DNA of 63,977 nt, filler included, from Intoshia linei (GCA_001642005.1; 12 parts of 12 records of this genome joined end to end with filler, not necessarily neighbours in it); one strand, 5' to 3'; positions 23,501 through 41,861 are shown, counted from the first letter of the whole stretch. Notes: generated from the letters alone by a model not told the origin. Numbers and translations are program-made.

Positions 23501-26500
23501 TCGGCATAATTAAAATTTTGGAGATACTCCATGGAATAAATCTTTAAGCTAAAATTCGACAACTGAAAAATAGATATGAACACGTTCTGGAAAAAACTAT
23601 AGTAGAAATTGGGTTTATAAATTCTACGATTGCCAATTTTTTAAATAAACGGTTACGTTAACTACATAATGTTAACTGTTAAATAATGTTACCGATAAAA
23701 AATTTAATGAAATATAGCGTTACATATTTTTATAAAAATAAAAAATATTTAAAGCATATACTTATATACTATACTTGCTTCATCAAAAATGAGGTGTATC
23801 TAGAGTAAGGTGTTAACATTTTTTTAAAACAAAAAATCCAGGGTCGTACGGCATGAAAAATGAGTTAAAACTAATCTCTATGATTTTAGTTTTTTATATT
23901 ATTGCAAAAACATCGGACTACTCAGCGTTTTAAAATTACCCGTTTTAATTTGAAATTAACTTTATTTTGAGTATTAATTATTAAATTTATTATTTTTAAG
24001 ATGATTAACACTCTCATTTAATAATTCATCATCAATATACTTGACTGATGCCTTCTCACGAAGGTATTGTACTATGTGTATTCCACGTTTGTCCACTTTT
24101 TTGTTAAAGCAACATTTAATGGAGGTATTGCGGGATAATTATGTTTTTTTAAGAAATTTAATGTTGGAAAATTTCATTTATGTGATGACCAATGAAGTTT
24201 TCAATTGTTATTTTTAATTTTTAAATAGTTATTATAATTAGAATAAACGATAAATTGAACATAGTATAGGCGGCCATTTATAATAAATATATATATAATA
24301 AAAAATATATATAAACCTACAATTTCAAGTTGTTTCTGGCCTAATGATGGTTATCCACATCCTGAGTGTAATAAAATAAATTAATATGGATCATTTTAAA
24401 ATATTTGATGCACCATATATTGTCCATGTATGTTAACAATAAAACAATACGTACTAATAATAATTCGATTATTATTGATAAATTATGCATTATGTAGCAT
24501 GTAAATTTTATTATTATTATTACTTTGCACATTTAAGCTTTCACATTTAATGTCTAAATAAGTAAGTGCTACAATGTTACAATGTTTGAAAGATATTCAC
24601 CTGTTAGCCAAAAATGTTTTCATTGGTCACAACTTAAAGTTATAATTTGTGAAAGTTGTATTAAGAACATATAATACCAAAAAAAAAAATTTTCACCATA
24701 AATGAAGCACGCAATTTTTATGATTCCATACAAAAATGTTAGAAAAAAATTAAAAGTGAACTTTATTGGATGAAATAATAAAATAATTGTAGTTACTAAG
24801 ATCAATTGTATTATTATATTATATATTGAATCCCATGTTGTCACTAAACATTTAATTTTTTTTGTTAAAAAAATATTTTTATATTGACTGAAATGTTTCA
24901 ATGAAGTAATAATAAATAATTGTTATGTATGAGTCCTGTGTAATAATTATATACAATTTAAATTGTATGTTATATATTGGATTTCAAATAGTTTTCAGCC
25001 ATTTCGGAAAAATTGAATATTGAACAGACAATACTGTATACAAATTTTTAAAATAACCAAATTACATAAAATTTTGTATATTTTTACCCCTACAATATCA
25101 TGATTTTGAAAATAATTAAAATGAAATATCAATTATATTGAATATTTTAGTTGGTAAATCAAATAATAAATAATATTATAATATAATTTATCAAAATTGC
25201 CGTATCACATTCTATAAATATTATCAAAATTATATATTACTAAAGGTTCAGGAGGCTGTTTAATCAGATATACATATATCAAATGTAAAATATAATCGTC
25301 GAAATAAAATAATTAGATCAGTGATTAGTAATCAGTTTTGTTTATTAGATGCGTATGACTCGTTAATAAACTTGAGGTAAAGAAAAAGTATATTATACAC
25401 TAGGGTTGTTATATTTTTGTTTAATTTATATTTAATATAAGCATTTTAAAAATTTAAAATCTACACTCATTTTTTGTATATAAACCCTTTCAACATTAAC
25501 GCACTCGGATTATTCTAAAAAAATTTAAATATTGTCTTTTTTTTAATAATGAAAATTAAAACGTCTAATACACAATAATAATTTATATGAAATATAAATG
25601 TACAATAAATATTTAAATTAATTAATAAAATATTATAGTTGGTAATTGCCTTTTATTTACAAAAAGATAAATAACACAGTACAATACACATATACGATTA
25701 TTTTTTTGAAATGCCAAGTATAATAACATAAAATATAGCACCTCAACCAAATTACTTATAATTATTCATTTTTCTCTAATCCTAAGCTTGAGCAAAGTAT
25801 TTATTTCACTTCTTTACAAAATTAAACTTAAAAAGTGTATGAAATGGTTAAAATTTTGTTTTAAGATGATAGTGAAAATTATTTTACTAGAAATATTATG
25901 AATGATTCCTTTATATCACATATTTGATAAAATTTAAGCTATAATCAACTGTATCAACAAAATAACAATTTTGTCATTTCATAAATAAATCGCTGTATGT
26001 TTTATTATGTAGTTTTTAATAATTAGTAAATGATAAAAAATTTAAAATAGCAAGTAAATATATTTAAATTAGGGTTATGACGGAGCCGAATCTACAATGC
26101 TCGGCACTGTTAAAAATAAGAAAAATCCTTAAAAAATTTCGCAACAGATCCACAACTTCATGTGGCATCTACCACCTGTTACCAACTCGACAGATATAAA
26201 ATTAATCAATATAAATTTTTAAAATACAATACAAATGCACAAATAGAGCCACTTATTGTATAAAAATTTTGTATAATTATTTCATATCAATTTTTTAAAA
26301 AAATATCTTTAAAACTTTTACGCAATCAAAAACATAAATAAAATTTAACTTATGGAATTTTACTCTTAAAAAAGTTACGATGATTTTAGTGTTTAATATA
26401 TTTGGGGAATCGTTTTTTACATTAATTTCTATCGTATTTATTTTGGGTTTTAAGAATGATCGAATTCCTAATAAATAACCCATAAACCACAGAATTATTA

Positions 26501-27193
26501 ATATTTTACCTAATAACACAGTACAACATTTTTCGAAAAATTTCAAAATAGATTTTTCTAACCTATATCGTTTTATAGCTGGTATTCTTGTGATTCAAAT
26601 GGTGTGGGTCATTCTATCAAGTCAGATCGACGTTTCGAGATATAATAGGAATAAAATACTATAATTACAAGAAAGTTATATTGATTGAAAACCCACTATT
26701 TGACCTTTAACAAAGTTATGGATTCAACCAAAAATTTGGCTTGTGGCAATATACGTATATATGTACCATAGCGAGAAAAAAAATTTACAAAATTTAAAGT
26801 ATTTTAGAATTTAGCCTGTGACGTTCCTCTTATTTTTTTAGAAAAATTAGTATTTTTGAAGAATAGATTTCTACTTTTATGAGTGATATATACATCCAAG
26901 AGTCTACTTTTTATTCTACCTTTAGCAATGCTAAGGTAAGATCGAGAATTTTTTTTATACATTAAAAATAATCAATCAATCAATGACAACAATCTAGAAT
27001 TTACAAACCAATTATAGTCAATGATCATCGAATTCATTGATTTGCCTTTGAATCGGGTCTCAAATGTTTTCAAAGTTTGATGAAAGCGTTCACNNNNNNN
27101 NNNNNNNNNNNNNNNNNNNNNNNNNNNNNNNNNNNNNTTAATTAATTAANNNNNNNNNNNNNNNNNNNNNNNNNNNNNNNNNNNNNNNNNNNN

Positions 27194-28315
27194 CGTAGAT
27201 TTAGATGGATTAGAAGATACCGGTTCGATTATATCGTTTTTTATCATGAATTGTATGTGAGATTGTTTTACTTCCCTAAGCTGAATAGGAGTTGGATAAA
27301 TGGGTCCTTTATAACTATCAGATCCTGTTATTAGAGGAATAGTATGTGATAAATTTTTTACTAACATTAACTTTAGACTTTAATTAATTAACTAATTTAG
27401 ACTTGACTAACAATAGAATGGTACATTGAATTAAGATAACCGAAACCGGCGTCACATTTAGATAAAGAAAAACAATATTTATTTAATAAAAACATCAATA
27501 TTTTTTCCAAATTTTATAATTCCTAGTTCATATAGCGATCGGAATCCTAAAATTGATCTATAATTTGTGATAACAAATTTTTCTGATCTTCCAAAATCAG
27601 GTAAATATAGATTAACAAAACCCAAAGTCGTTAATTCGCCTCCATTATAGTTATAAATAGTTTTATCAAATTGATATATTTTTGGAATTTTAATTAATGT
27701 TTTTAAAAAATAAGCATTTATTGTGTTAATGGCGGAACCTGTGTCTAGTAGAAAATTAACGGTTACCTCATTTTCATCGGTAATTTTCATTCGCAAAGTG
27801 GCTGAAGAAATATCATCGGAATTATTCAAATTGTTCACTGTAGGACAAAACCGCTCGAAATGACAATATTTATTGCACTTAATACATTTATGATGCGAAG
27901 CAGAACACTCTTTTTTTCTATTTTTACATTGGTCACCACATCCAAAACATTTAAAAAATTTATTCCTTATTTGAGGAGAATTATTATCGAATTTTGATTT
28001 CGATGATTCACATTTCACCAATTTTAAGGATTCATTAATCATGTCATAATTTTTACACAACAGAGTTATTTTTGATAAAGATTATTTATTATCTAAAAGT
28101 TTTTCAAGTAATTTTTGATTATTACATCGATAGATTAGTTGATCACGTATATTATCATAAATCTGAGAAAAAATACAATTTTTTGCGCAACGTTTCAAAC
28201 GATAAAGGAAAGTAGTTGAGAGAACATTATATCAACATAGTCATCAAAATTTTGTATCCATAAATCAGGATCAACAACAAGATCGTCTTTTTGGTTTCTT
28301 TATCATTTTATCCAT
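27194..28315 (-). mobile_element. Ty3/Gypsy (Mag-like) gag-protease-RT start, degenerate
   Basis: Paired zinc knuckles (CFGCGDQC..EC; CIKCNKYCHFERFC = CX2CX4HX4C), FLLDTGSAINTI, SILG, then HTIPL..PIYPTP..MIKNDIIEPVSS; cut by the spacer. Confidence 0.85.
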
Positions 28316-28713
28316 TCTCGCGCAACTTGAGAGAAAGCAAAATTATTTTGTAGTGTTTAAAAGTTTAATCACAAGTTTAAAATAATCTTGATTGTATGTT
28401 CTAGTGAGATAACGATAATAGAGTATTAAATAAAGATATGCTGTTATTGCACTACAAGATTATAGTTACTTTCTAATCTAGAATAGTAATTGATAAGTTA
28501 TCAGATATCAAAATAAGGCATGAATGAAACATTAATGAATTAAATACATATGAAAATGTATGTAAATAAATATAATTTTAAATTAATACCATCACTATAT
28601 TAATTATAAATATATATATTTAACTCATTTTTACCCTAAAAGCGGGGCTAAATTTACATATATTATTATGCCATCGATATAAATACTATAAAATTAACAT
28701 AATTTTGAAATTG

Positions 28714-28871
28714 TGCCTCAAAACACGAATATGCCCACACCGAGGTTTGCCCCAAAGCGGGTCGGACTTGAGTATCATTTTTAGTGAATTTATTTTTCTC
28801 GTGGAATAAAAATGTTTCCCCTCGGCAGAGCTAGGATACTGTTTGTACGAAGTACATAACAGTCAAGCTAG
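28714..28871 (+). mobile_element. Helitron-like 3' end
   Basis: Hairpin CTGTTTGTAC-GAA-GTACATAACAG, then TCAAG-CTAG|T; same sequence recurs elsewhere in the window. Confidence 0.65.
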
Positions 28872-29107
28872 TGTAAATATAAAAACAAGTTTGGTAAATT
28901 GTAATCAATTTTAATTTCAAATAACAATTTTTTAAATGTAAATCTTATTTAGCTTGTGCTATTATTTTACTTGGATACAATGCTGGACAAATTGACGACA
29001 GTGAATTATCAATATATTCGATTCACTACATTCCATTCGTTGCAAATATTTGGCACTTCATTCGTTTAAGTTTTAATTCACTAGTAAGTTTTTTATTTTG
29101 TATGTAA

Positions 29108-29455
29108 CTAGGTTGACTGTTACGTACTACGTACAAATATCACCTAGCTCTACCGATGGCACATTACTATTCTACCAAAAAAATAAATTCACGTTGAAAA
29201 TCTAACTTAAAAATCTTACTATTCACTATTATTAATCCTTTAAAGGAGTGGTTCTTAAACTTGTTTCAGGTGAAACCATCATATTACATTACTTTTTACT
29301 TTAAAGTGAATTATTTCATCTTAATTTTTTGTTTGTTAATATTTGCGTAAAGAATTTTAAAAACAATTGTTATTCCATTTTTTTAATTTATTAGATACAA
29401 TATGTGTATAATATTAAAAATAAAGTAAAATCAGTCCAATCCTAAAAATTTTCAT
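29108..29455 (-). mobile_element. Helitron-like 3' segment (reverse-complement copy of about 50095-50530)
   Basis: Long reverse-complement match to the 50.1-50.5 kb copy; ends in hairpin + CTAG|T. Confidence 0.65.
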
Positions 29456-29501
29456 AAATTTAAATAGGTTTAAATATTTAAAATTTAACCATCCTAATTT
29501 A

Positions 29502-29625
29502 GAATAATGACAAAAAGGAAAAAAATATAGATAAAAACGATTCAAAAAATAGTTATACTCCTAAGACACCTAAACTACCTGAAAAAATTATACATGTAGT
29601 AAATTCTAAAAAAGATACAATCAAG
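29502..29625 (+). CDS. Possible isolated exon of an unknown gene
   Basis: AG..GT-bounded open frame NNDKKEKNIDKNDSKNSYTPKTPKLPEKIIHVVNSKKDTIK; no recognisable domain. Confidence 0.25.
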
Positions 29626-30266
29626 GTTTGTAATATCAGTAATGGCGACTAAATAAACCTAGCGTGTTAATTTTGATACCATCTCCAGGAGTTATTTCCG
29701 GTCTGTTGTTTAGTAACATATTTTTATAACTCTATTTGTCATTCACGTTAATTACTAACGTTCTTACATTTTTAAACCTTACAAAAATAGGGGATTAATT
29801 AATTTGTCAGTATTTAATTAAAATACTGACATTTTTTAATAAAAAATGTTCTGTATTATTAACATAAAATTGTCAGTACACACATTAAAATATCAGTAAT
29901 AAAATAATATTTTGTCAGTAAAAAAATTGAATTGTAAGTTTGATGATTTTGGAGTGTCAATATAAAAATTAAAAGTCTAGTTTTTGAAAATTGAATGTAA
30001 ATATGTCAATCTCTTTAATCTTTTTTATATCTCTCTCTTGTTTTTATTATTATCCTTGTGAGGGTAATAATTAGGTTAATCTTATGAAATACTTTATATA
30101 ATAATACATCAATATATAATAATGTATCATCCACTACAGACCAAAGTTAAAACTGAAATATCAAGATACCATATTATACTTACAAACCAAATTAGAAATA
30201 TTCTATGGTGTTGACACCAGAGAATATTTTTTTATAAGAAAAAATTGTTAACAAACATGTTAATTA

Positions 30267-30472
30267 ATTGTGTCAGTATTTTTCTTTAATTATTTTTCAG
30301 TATTGTAGATGGTTTGTCAGTATTTTAGGTGCCTTTACTGACAAAATAATTTTTTTTACTGCCCTTCTAATTTAAATACTGACAAACTAACTACAATACT
30401 GAAAAATCAATGTTTCTACTGACAAACCATCACCAATACTGAAAAATAATTAAAGAAAAATACTGACACAAT
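30267..30472. repeat. Long inverted repeat (56-bp arms) in a TACTGACA-motif-rich region (about 29800-30480)
   Basis: 30267-30322 and 30417-30472 are reverse complements with 2 mismatches; a third partial arm sits in the 94-nt spacer between them. Confidence 0.85.
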
Positions 30473-32457
30473 AAATGCACGCCACAAAAATATCCGAATG
30501 TGTAGTTTATAAGCATGCTTTTTACCACTGCTATATAATCCAGCGATAGCCAAATTTTTTCCGTCGTATTTTCCCATTATTAATATACATTAGGGTGGTT
30601 CAAAAAAAAATTTAAAAAGTACTTTTGAGTATATTACGGAAATTGGGTAAAAATGACTTAAACAAATTTTTACAGCATAAAATTAATTATTTCTTCGCCA
30701 CTCATTACCACCAAATTCCTATATATATGTATATTATACATATATAATCTCTTGGACACTTGAAAAATTAATGTATATACAATATATACAATATATAATA
30801 AACAACTTTTTTTCATTTTTATCCATATTAATAACGTAATCGTGTGTATAACTCATAAAAATAAAGTTATATAGCAGTGGCGACTCTGAGGTCAAAACGT
30901 TACTAGTGTTCAACACAGTACTATAGAAACGAAACATATATAAACTTAATATTACTACAATTAATTCACTTTATATTAAATTTTATTATCTGTAACTATT
31001 ATTTATACATATATTCTAATAAATGTCGGATACTATCTTGTCTGAAAAGTCTATCTTGCACCATTGTACACCTCAGATATGATCTAATTCTATTGAGCGT
31101 CGAAAAACTTCTTTCATTAGATGATGATAATGACTAATGATGATGATAAAGATGATGACTAAATGATCTAATTTGAGTAAAGAACAATTTAACTCGATGA
31201 ATCTTTTCAGTANNNNNNNNNNNNNNNNNNNNNNNNNNNNNNNNNNNNNNNNNNNNTTAATTAATTAANNNNNNNNNNNNNNNNNNNNNNNNNNNNNNNN
31301 NNNNNNNNNNNNTTATTAAATATAATTTTTTTAAATTTTAAATTGTCTAGGGTGTTCGGCGAACACGTTGCACACTATGACGCTACACCACTGCAGGCGA
31401 CAAGATTTAGTGGTGACTTAAACGATGCATCCATCCTACTAAATATGAACTATTTTATTTGACGTTTTCGGTTTTACTAAACCAAACGATACATTATATG
31501 CCGTATACGATCTTTATGGATTTTTAAGTATTGACAATGTCAATACTCAATTTGGCATGGCTTGAAAAGTGAATAATACTTGTTCGTATTTTATTAATAA
31601 ATAATTGAATCAATAACAATCATGTAATTAAATTAATTTAATAACTTACAATTGAAATTATGTAAATTCTCAAATATTTACTTTCAAAAGATGTATTTAC
31701 AAAATTCAATTTTGGAAATGTAGCAAGGAATCACGAAAAAATTATTATATCAACTTATCTACTAGTAACATTCATTTATGCGATAAACGTTTATAAGTCT
31801 TTATTGGGATTCAAAAATTATAAGATTTTAAATAAATCGGTGCGCTGAAAATGTGTAGAAAAATAAATGTGTAACTTTTCGATTAAATTTCGGTATATCG
31901 TGAAATATAATAATAACTTTTGTTTATACAATTTTTTATAATCATATGAACAAAATGTATTTATACGTAGATAGGATAATTTTGAAAATATAAAAATTTG
32001 GCATTTTGCATATACTCATCAATTTAGTTAAATTTGAATTCAATAGCCCACAATCATTACAGATATATTTGTTTTTTGTCATTTTAATAATACAATTAAT
32101 TGGTTCAAGTATCACATAACCACTTATAAACCTGAGAATATTGTATAAAATTAATCTGAAGTTTTCATATTGCTATAAATTTGTAATATTTTCCAGGCCC
32201 CACCAAATTTCCATAGTCCCACTAAACATTTCGTCATGCCCCCCAGTGGGGCCTGGCCCCACGGTTGAAAAACATTGATGTAAACAAATAATTTAAAAAT
32301 CACTTTTTTCCTTTTATTAAATTTTTTCCCATACATTGATGTATAGGCGTTACCATGATTTGACGCTTATACAAAAAGTAAATTTGTTCAATGAACAGTT
32401 TTCATGTATAAAAATATTTTCTATTAATATTTACTATGAAAAAATATGCCAACCAAA

Positions 32458-32850
32458 TCTTAACTTATATAAAAGGCGACGCGATTTTTGTTTGTGTGTG
32501 TGTTTTACTTTAATGAAATAACTAGCACTCTTAGAATTTTTTAAAGATCACATTTACTTACAGTTTTTTCCGGGACGTATAATAAGATAAATTTCAACCT
32601 CCCAATTTCACATCTTAAGGGTCAAAAACCCTGTTGTCCCTCTTTTTGAAAATTAAACGCGTTGGAGAATTTAAAAAAATATACACGCTGATGACATTTT
32701 GAAATCATAAACATTATCATAAATTTAAATTTAAAAAAATTATATCTTCAGGGCCAAAATCCCATATTACTTTTCTTTTTTTAATAAAAACAACCCTAGG
32801 ATTTTATAAAATTTACAGGTGGTACAGTTGTATCTTGTTAACACACAAAA
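32458..32850 (+). mobile_element. Helitron-like family copy, 5' part
   Basis: A|TCTTAACTTATATAAAAGGCGACGCGATTTTTGTTTGTGTGTG start; body shared with the copies at 41.2-41.9, 49.5, 57.9 and 59.3 kb. Confidence 0.7.
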
Positions 32851-33202
32851 AAAATTTCAAATTTGAATAAGTTACGTCTTCACGGTCATTTTTCATTTTC
32901 CAAACATTTTGAACAACATCTACGGCAACAAATTTATAAAAGTTTTAATATTAATTTAATTTAACTTTAATTTGAAAATCCAAAAATAAAAAGTAACATT
33001 CACAAGAAAAAAGGCCAAAACTATGGACAAATTTTTAACATCAATCATTTTTATATTACAATCCTTTGCACTAATGGTAAAATTCGACGGAAATATTTAT
33101 AAAGAGGAGATTCAATTAATTATTGATACACAATTGGTATTTTTAAGTATTTATTAAATTGGTACTGAATATATATCATCACTAAGCCGATTATTTTTCA
33201 AC

Positions 33203-33917
33203 TAAGGCAAATTTTGATATGTTCATACGCATCATATTACAATCACAATGATAGTAATTTTACGTGTATTAATTGGCTAATTAAAATTTGATTAAGTTAA
33301 TAAAGTTGAAATAATATTTTCAAAAGTTAAATTTTATTTTCAAACATTAACTTTGTTTTATGCATGATTGTAGTAAATAAACTTATTATTAATTTTTATA
33401 TCACTCACTAAAAGCAGTTTATATTTATTCTTAACTTATTTCTATTCACAATATAGGTAATTTAGTAATAATTTTATATGATTAATTTTTTTTAAGCATG
33501 CCAAAATATGCGAAATCTAAATATAAAAAAATTTATCCTAGTGAATTTACTAAGAATGACGATAATTTATTTTGTATGAAATGTTGCTATATTATTTTTA
33601 CAAAATTAAATTTTGTTTAATTACACCACAATTTAGCAAAATACAAGAGTTTTATGCATATTGTCAGTATTGGAAGTTCAATTAAAACATCGAATGACTT
33701 TTCATCAGAAATGGGGGAAGAAATTGTATCTGCGGACATACCTCTAAAAAGTTAAATAACGTCAAGTTAAGAACAACATTTAAAAAAAGGAATAATTTAG
33801 CCATCTGAAAATAGAAATAAAATTGATGCTTTGTATTTGACAGAAATGGAGAGAATAAAAAAATATTGTATTAATAAATTAATCTTGATCATTATGGACG
33901 AAACTGATTTAAATGGA
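33203..33917 (+). mobile_element. Degenerate CGGBP1-like hAT transposon, 5' part (paralog of 44968-46370)
   Basis: TIR-like TAAGGCAAA; frameshifted MPKYAKSK..SEFTKNDDNLFCMKC..SADIPL..PSEN..IIMDETDLNG. Confidence 0.75.
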
Positions 33918-34017
33918 NNNNNNNNNNNNNNNNNNNNNNNNNNNNNNNNNNNNNNNNNNNNTTAATTAATTAANNNNNNNNNNNNNNNNNNNNNNNNNNN
34001 NNNNNNNNNNNNNNNNN

Positions 34018-34689
34018 AGTATTATCACAATGTATCCATTTTTCATCACCAGTCACAATATTTTCTAAAAAGAGTTCATTTTTTAGTCTGGCTAGTAATA
34101 ATTGGCATACGTTTTTTCTATTTAATTTATGTTGAATCGTTAATAAGTATGGTACCCATATTCTAGACTTATTCACTTTTTGTAAATGTTTTAAACAATT
34201 ATAGGCACTGGTTTTTGAACAGCTGGCAACAATGGAAAGCGATTGACATGTTTGAATTGGAGATTTTTTTAATTCACCTTTTATTTGAGTAAAATCAACA
34301 GTTGGAGGTCTACCGAAACGTTGAAACACCATTAGCATGTATTTTTCATCTCGAAATCTTTTAAACCATCTTTGACATTTTCTGTCATTTAAAACATCCT
34401 TACCATACACAGCACATATATTTTTGGTAGTTACCACTGCACTAAGGTCCTTAAAGTACTCATACAGTAAAATATGACGTAAATGTGCATCAAAATCATT
34501 AAAATAATCCGTCTAAATTGCCATTGAATAAATGTAGATTTATATAAACTACGTTCTCATCTGATGTGGTCGTACACATGATTGTTATAAAATATTTTAT
34601 ATTTCGAAATATGTGAAATCTTATTGGTGATAAAGCGTTTCTAATCAAGTGTATCAATAAAAACAACATAACTTTTGTGAATCACCTAA
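34018..34689 (-). mobile_element. Mariner transposon, 5' half, decayed
   Basis: HLRHILLYEY..QRWFKRF..GRP..WVPYLL (WVPHEL motif)..IVTGDEKW; stop just after ATG 34524; TIR TTAGGTGATTCACAAAAGTT with flanking TA. Confidence 0.9.
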
Positions 34690-34769
34690 TATTATTATAA
34701 AATAATAATTAAAAATATTTTCATATATATGTAATGATAAAAAATTAATTTAATATTTTAAGTTAATAT

Positions 34770-35030
34770 TAAATAACTACGCGTCTTAGAATTTTTTAAT
34801 GACTACATTTTAATAAGTTTTTTCTAGGCGTATATTAAGATAATTTCCCACCTCCCAATTTCACATCTTACGGGTCCAAAACCCCTGTTGTCCCTCTTTT
34901 TGAAAATCAAACGAGTTGGAGAATTTAAAAAGATATATAAGCTGATGCGGATTTTAAAATCATGAACATTATCATAATTTTAAATTTGAAAAAATTATAT
35001 CTTCAGGGCCAAAACTTTATCTTTAGGGCC
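34770..35030 (+). mobile_element. Helitron-like family internal fragment
   Basis: Matches the body of the 32458 and 57903 copies. Confidence 0.65.
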
Positions 35031-35160
35031 TTCAGGGCCCTATAATATAATAAGATTATATTTAAAATAGGTGACTGTTATGTACTACGTACAAACAGTA
35101 ACTAGTTCTGTTTAGAGTACATTTTTATTTAACCAAAAAAATAAATTTATTTAACAAAAC

Positions 35161-35671
35161 ACTTTTGAATATCTTAAAATTTTAACTTTAATTTAATAAA
35201 TATTATATTTAAATATCATCTCTCCTCACTATAACAATTTTTTTAATAACCTAACGACTGATTTTAGTAACTTTCAAAAAATGATATGTAGACTAGACAT
35301 GACTAATTCAAAAAACAAGTTAATTATAAATGCCTGTATGTTGGAACAATGAGAAAATAAATATGAAATAGTGTAGTAATTTCAAAATCCGTCGAAACTC
35401 TAAAAAACATACGCAATAATTTAAAAGCTTTATTATATAGATATAATATATAGTTATAACATATTTGTCGCAATAAACTTGCCATTCAAATATATCACTT
35501 CTAGAGGCATCCCATAGTTCTGTCATCACCTTTATTATTCCTTGTTTAAAAATTAGCATACATTTTTTGCTTTTTTGGTGGATATCTTTGAATGTATGAC
35601 CAATTTAGCAGTGCTGGAAGTATTATGACGTTTTAAAACATCCTTACTATAATGAACAATAGAGTCTAGAT
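35161..35671 (-). repeat. Gene-like segment duplicated at 61101-61630
   Basis: Collinear, highly similar sequence. Exon-like frames DLDSIVHYSKDVLKRH..KKAKN|VMTELWDASRSDIFEWQVYCDKY are joined by a 32-nt GT-AG intron. Confidence 0.8.
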
Positions 35672-37018
35672 CTTTCGAATCATTTCATTATCATCATAGT
35701 TCAAATTTTCACATGTTGAAATACGAGAACAGATATTATCATGTTTATATTTAACTAGCTTGGCAGTTTTGTACTACGTACAAACAGCACCTAGCTTTGC
35801 CAAAGGCACTTTTTTATTATACCTTTTATTATTGGAGTAATAATTTCAAAAAAAATTTGCCACATACTCATAAATTACAAAATCCGTACTGTAAATCGGA
35901 TGGGGTAGAGTCAATTAATGTTGAGAGGCACGTGGGTTTTAAGGGTGCGAACATTGTGAATCAAACCGGGATATCACCAAGTACAATAATTCGTAAAAGT
36001 AAAAGAAATACGGTAATTCCAAAAAAATATTTGTAGTATACACTATTCTAATTTTCTGAAACGAAACTGATTATTATTGAGCGGGAATTATCAGTATTCA
36101 TCTGAGTTTGATTTATACTGCTGCGTAACATAAGAATTTTTTTTGAACGAAAAATGAAGTTAATGTTCTTGAAACGATAACAGAATAAAACGATTTTTTT
36201 TTGGTGGTTGATTGATTGTTCGTTGAAATTGAAGGGGTTTGGACACATTGCCAGGAATTGCTTAGAGGATGCGAGGCCGTGGAAGGAAAAATCAATCAAT
36301 GGGCCTCGGTCAGAACGGGGGGATGTAGCGATTACATCACTATGGGATGACGATTGAATTAAAGATCACTTCGAACTAATTTATATATTTATCAAGCTTT
36401 ATTAAAATCTTCTTTCCAAATATTGTTTATTTTGATAATCGTCACAGTTTTAAATTTATTTTTTATGATCCCAAGATTTCCATAGTTACTTGAAAAAATT
36501 TGTAAAAAAATTTTATGTTTAGTCTAGTTTGTTTGTTTAAGTGATTGGTGTCAATTCGAAGTTCATATTCCAAACTACATATACAGTTCTCGAGTCTTAA
36601 AGTGTTAATCGCAACAAATTTAATACATACGCAAAATAGATGTTAATTTAAACTTAATAGAAGCGGTGCAGTCAGATTTAAGAGTATCACAATCACGTAA
36701 TTAATTCATCTTCAAAATGAAAAGATTATTATAAACCTATTTGAATAGAAATCTAAAGGATAAAATAGGACCTACAAACCCTATTTAAGAATTAATAACT
36801 GCCGAACCAACCATCAGTATCGAATTCACACCCAATGATTCTTATAATATGAATCATTCAATAATAACAAAATTACTCAGATATGATGGATTGTGTTGAA
36901 AACATATTGTATTATTATAGTTCAGAATTTTATTTTATATTTATATATGTATTTAAATTTTATGTGAAAATATGTCATTTGTAAATTAATTGTTATTTCT
37001 ATATTAAACTAACAGTTA

Positions 37019-40786
<3,768 letters not shown>

Positions 40787-41180
40787 ATTTAATTTAACAT
40801 TTTCAAAGTACAAGTTTATTTAACTAACTATTAAATAATTGGATTTTAGTTATATATAGAACAGTTACACATTTATATCCAGTAGATACAGTTTTATGTA
40901 TAGTGAACTTGTAATAAAATGTAACTACAATATTCTTTTTATTTATATGTCCTGATTAGAATTTTTATAAATTTTCCAACACGACCCCTAGTTGGTTTTT
41001 GATCATGTTGAAGAATTCTAAAACGGATATAAGAGTGGTTTATTTATTATTAATGATGCAACGATTGCTAAATTATTAACGATTCTGATTGTGAAAATTT
41101 TGAAAAGTTGAATTATACAATTATAATTGTATACCTGGAACTGATAACATTAGCAAATAAAAAATGCATAGCTTATTATA

Positions 41181-41861
41181 TAGGACGTACAAAGACGTAC
41201 AAACAGGACCTAGCTCTGCCGAGGGCACATTTTTATTATACTTAAAAAATAAATTCACGTTAAAAATCTAATATAAAAATCTTTGAACTTTCGTATTTAT
41301 ATCAACTGGAATAAGCTCTATCAGAATAATCTTTTTTTTAATTTTTTCGGACCGTTAATTATACATTTTTTGTTTTAATAAAACATTTTGAAAAAAAATA
41401 TATAAATACTAAAATGCTTTTTTGACCGTGAAATCGTCACTTATTCGGATTGAAATTTTCTGTGTGCGTTAATCAGATACAACTGTAAAACCAGTAAATT
41501 TTTTAAATTATGGGCTGTTTTCATTAAAAACAGAAGGGTAATTTGAAGTTTTGGTCCTGAAGATATAATTTTTTTAAATTTAAATTTATGATAATGTTTA
41601 TATGTTAATGTTTTAAAATCCGAATCAGCGTATATATTTTTTTAAATTTTCCAACTCGTTTGATTTTCAAAAAGAGGGACTATTGGGGTTTTTGACCCGT
41701 AAGATGTGAATTTGGAAAGTTGAAATTAGATTTGCGAACACCCCCGGAAATAATTGTAATTGAAATGTGTTTATAAAATTCTAAGACGTGTAGTTATTTA
41801 AATAAAGCAGGACACACACACACACAAACAAAAATCGCGTAGCATATTATATAAGTTAGGA
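41181..41861 (-). mobile_element. Near full-length non-autonomous Helitron-like element (about 680 bp)
   Basis: Has both the A|TCCTAACTTATATAATATGC 5' end and the family's 3' subterminal sequence (degenerate tip), linking the two repeat classes into one element. Confidence 0.7.

Noticed and set aside
26070-26135. GYDGAESTMLG, similar to the hAT YDGA..M.G motif
   Set aside because: Too short, with no supporting frame or termini.
35860-36360. GC-richer stretch with short ORFs on both strands
   Set aside because: No recognisable domain, splice pattern or RNA structure.
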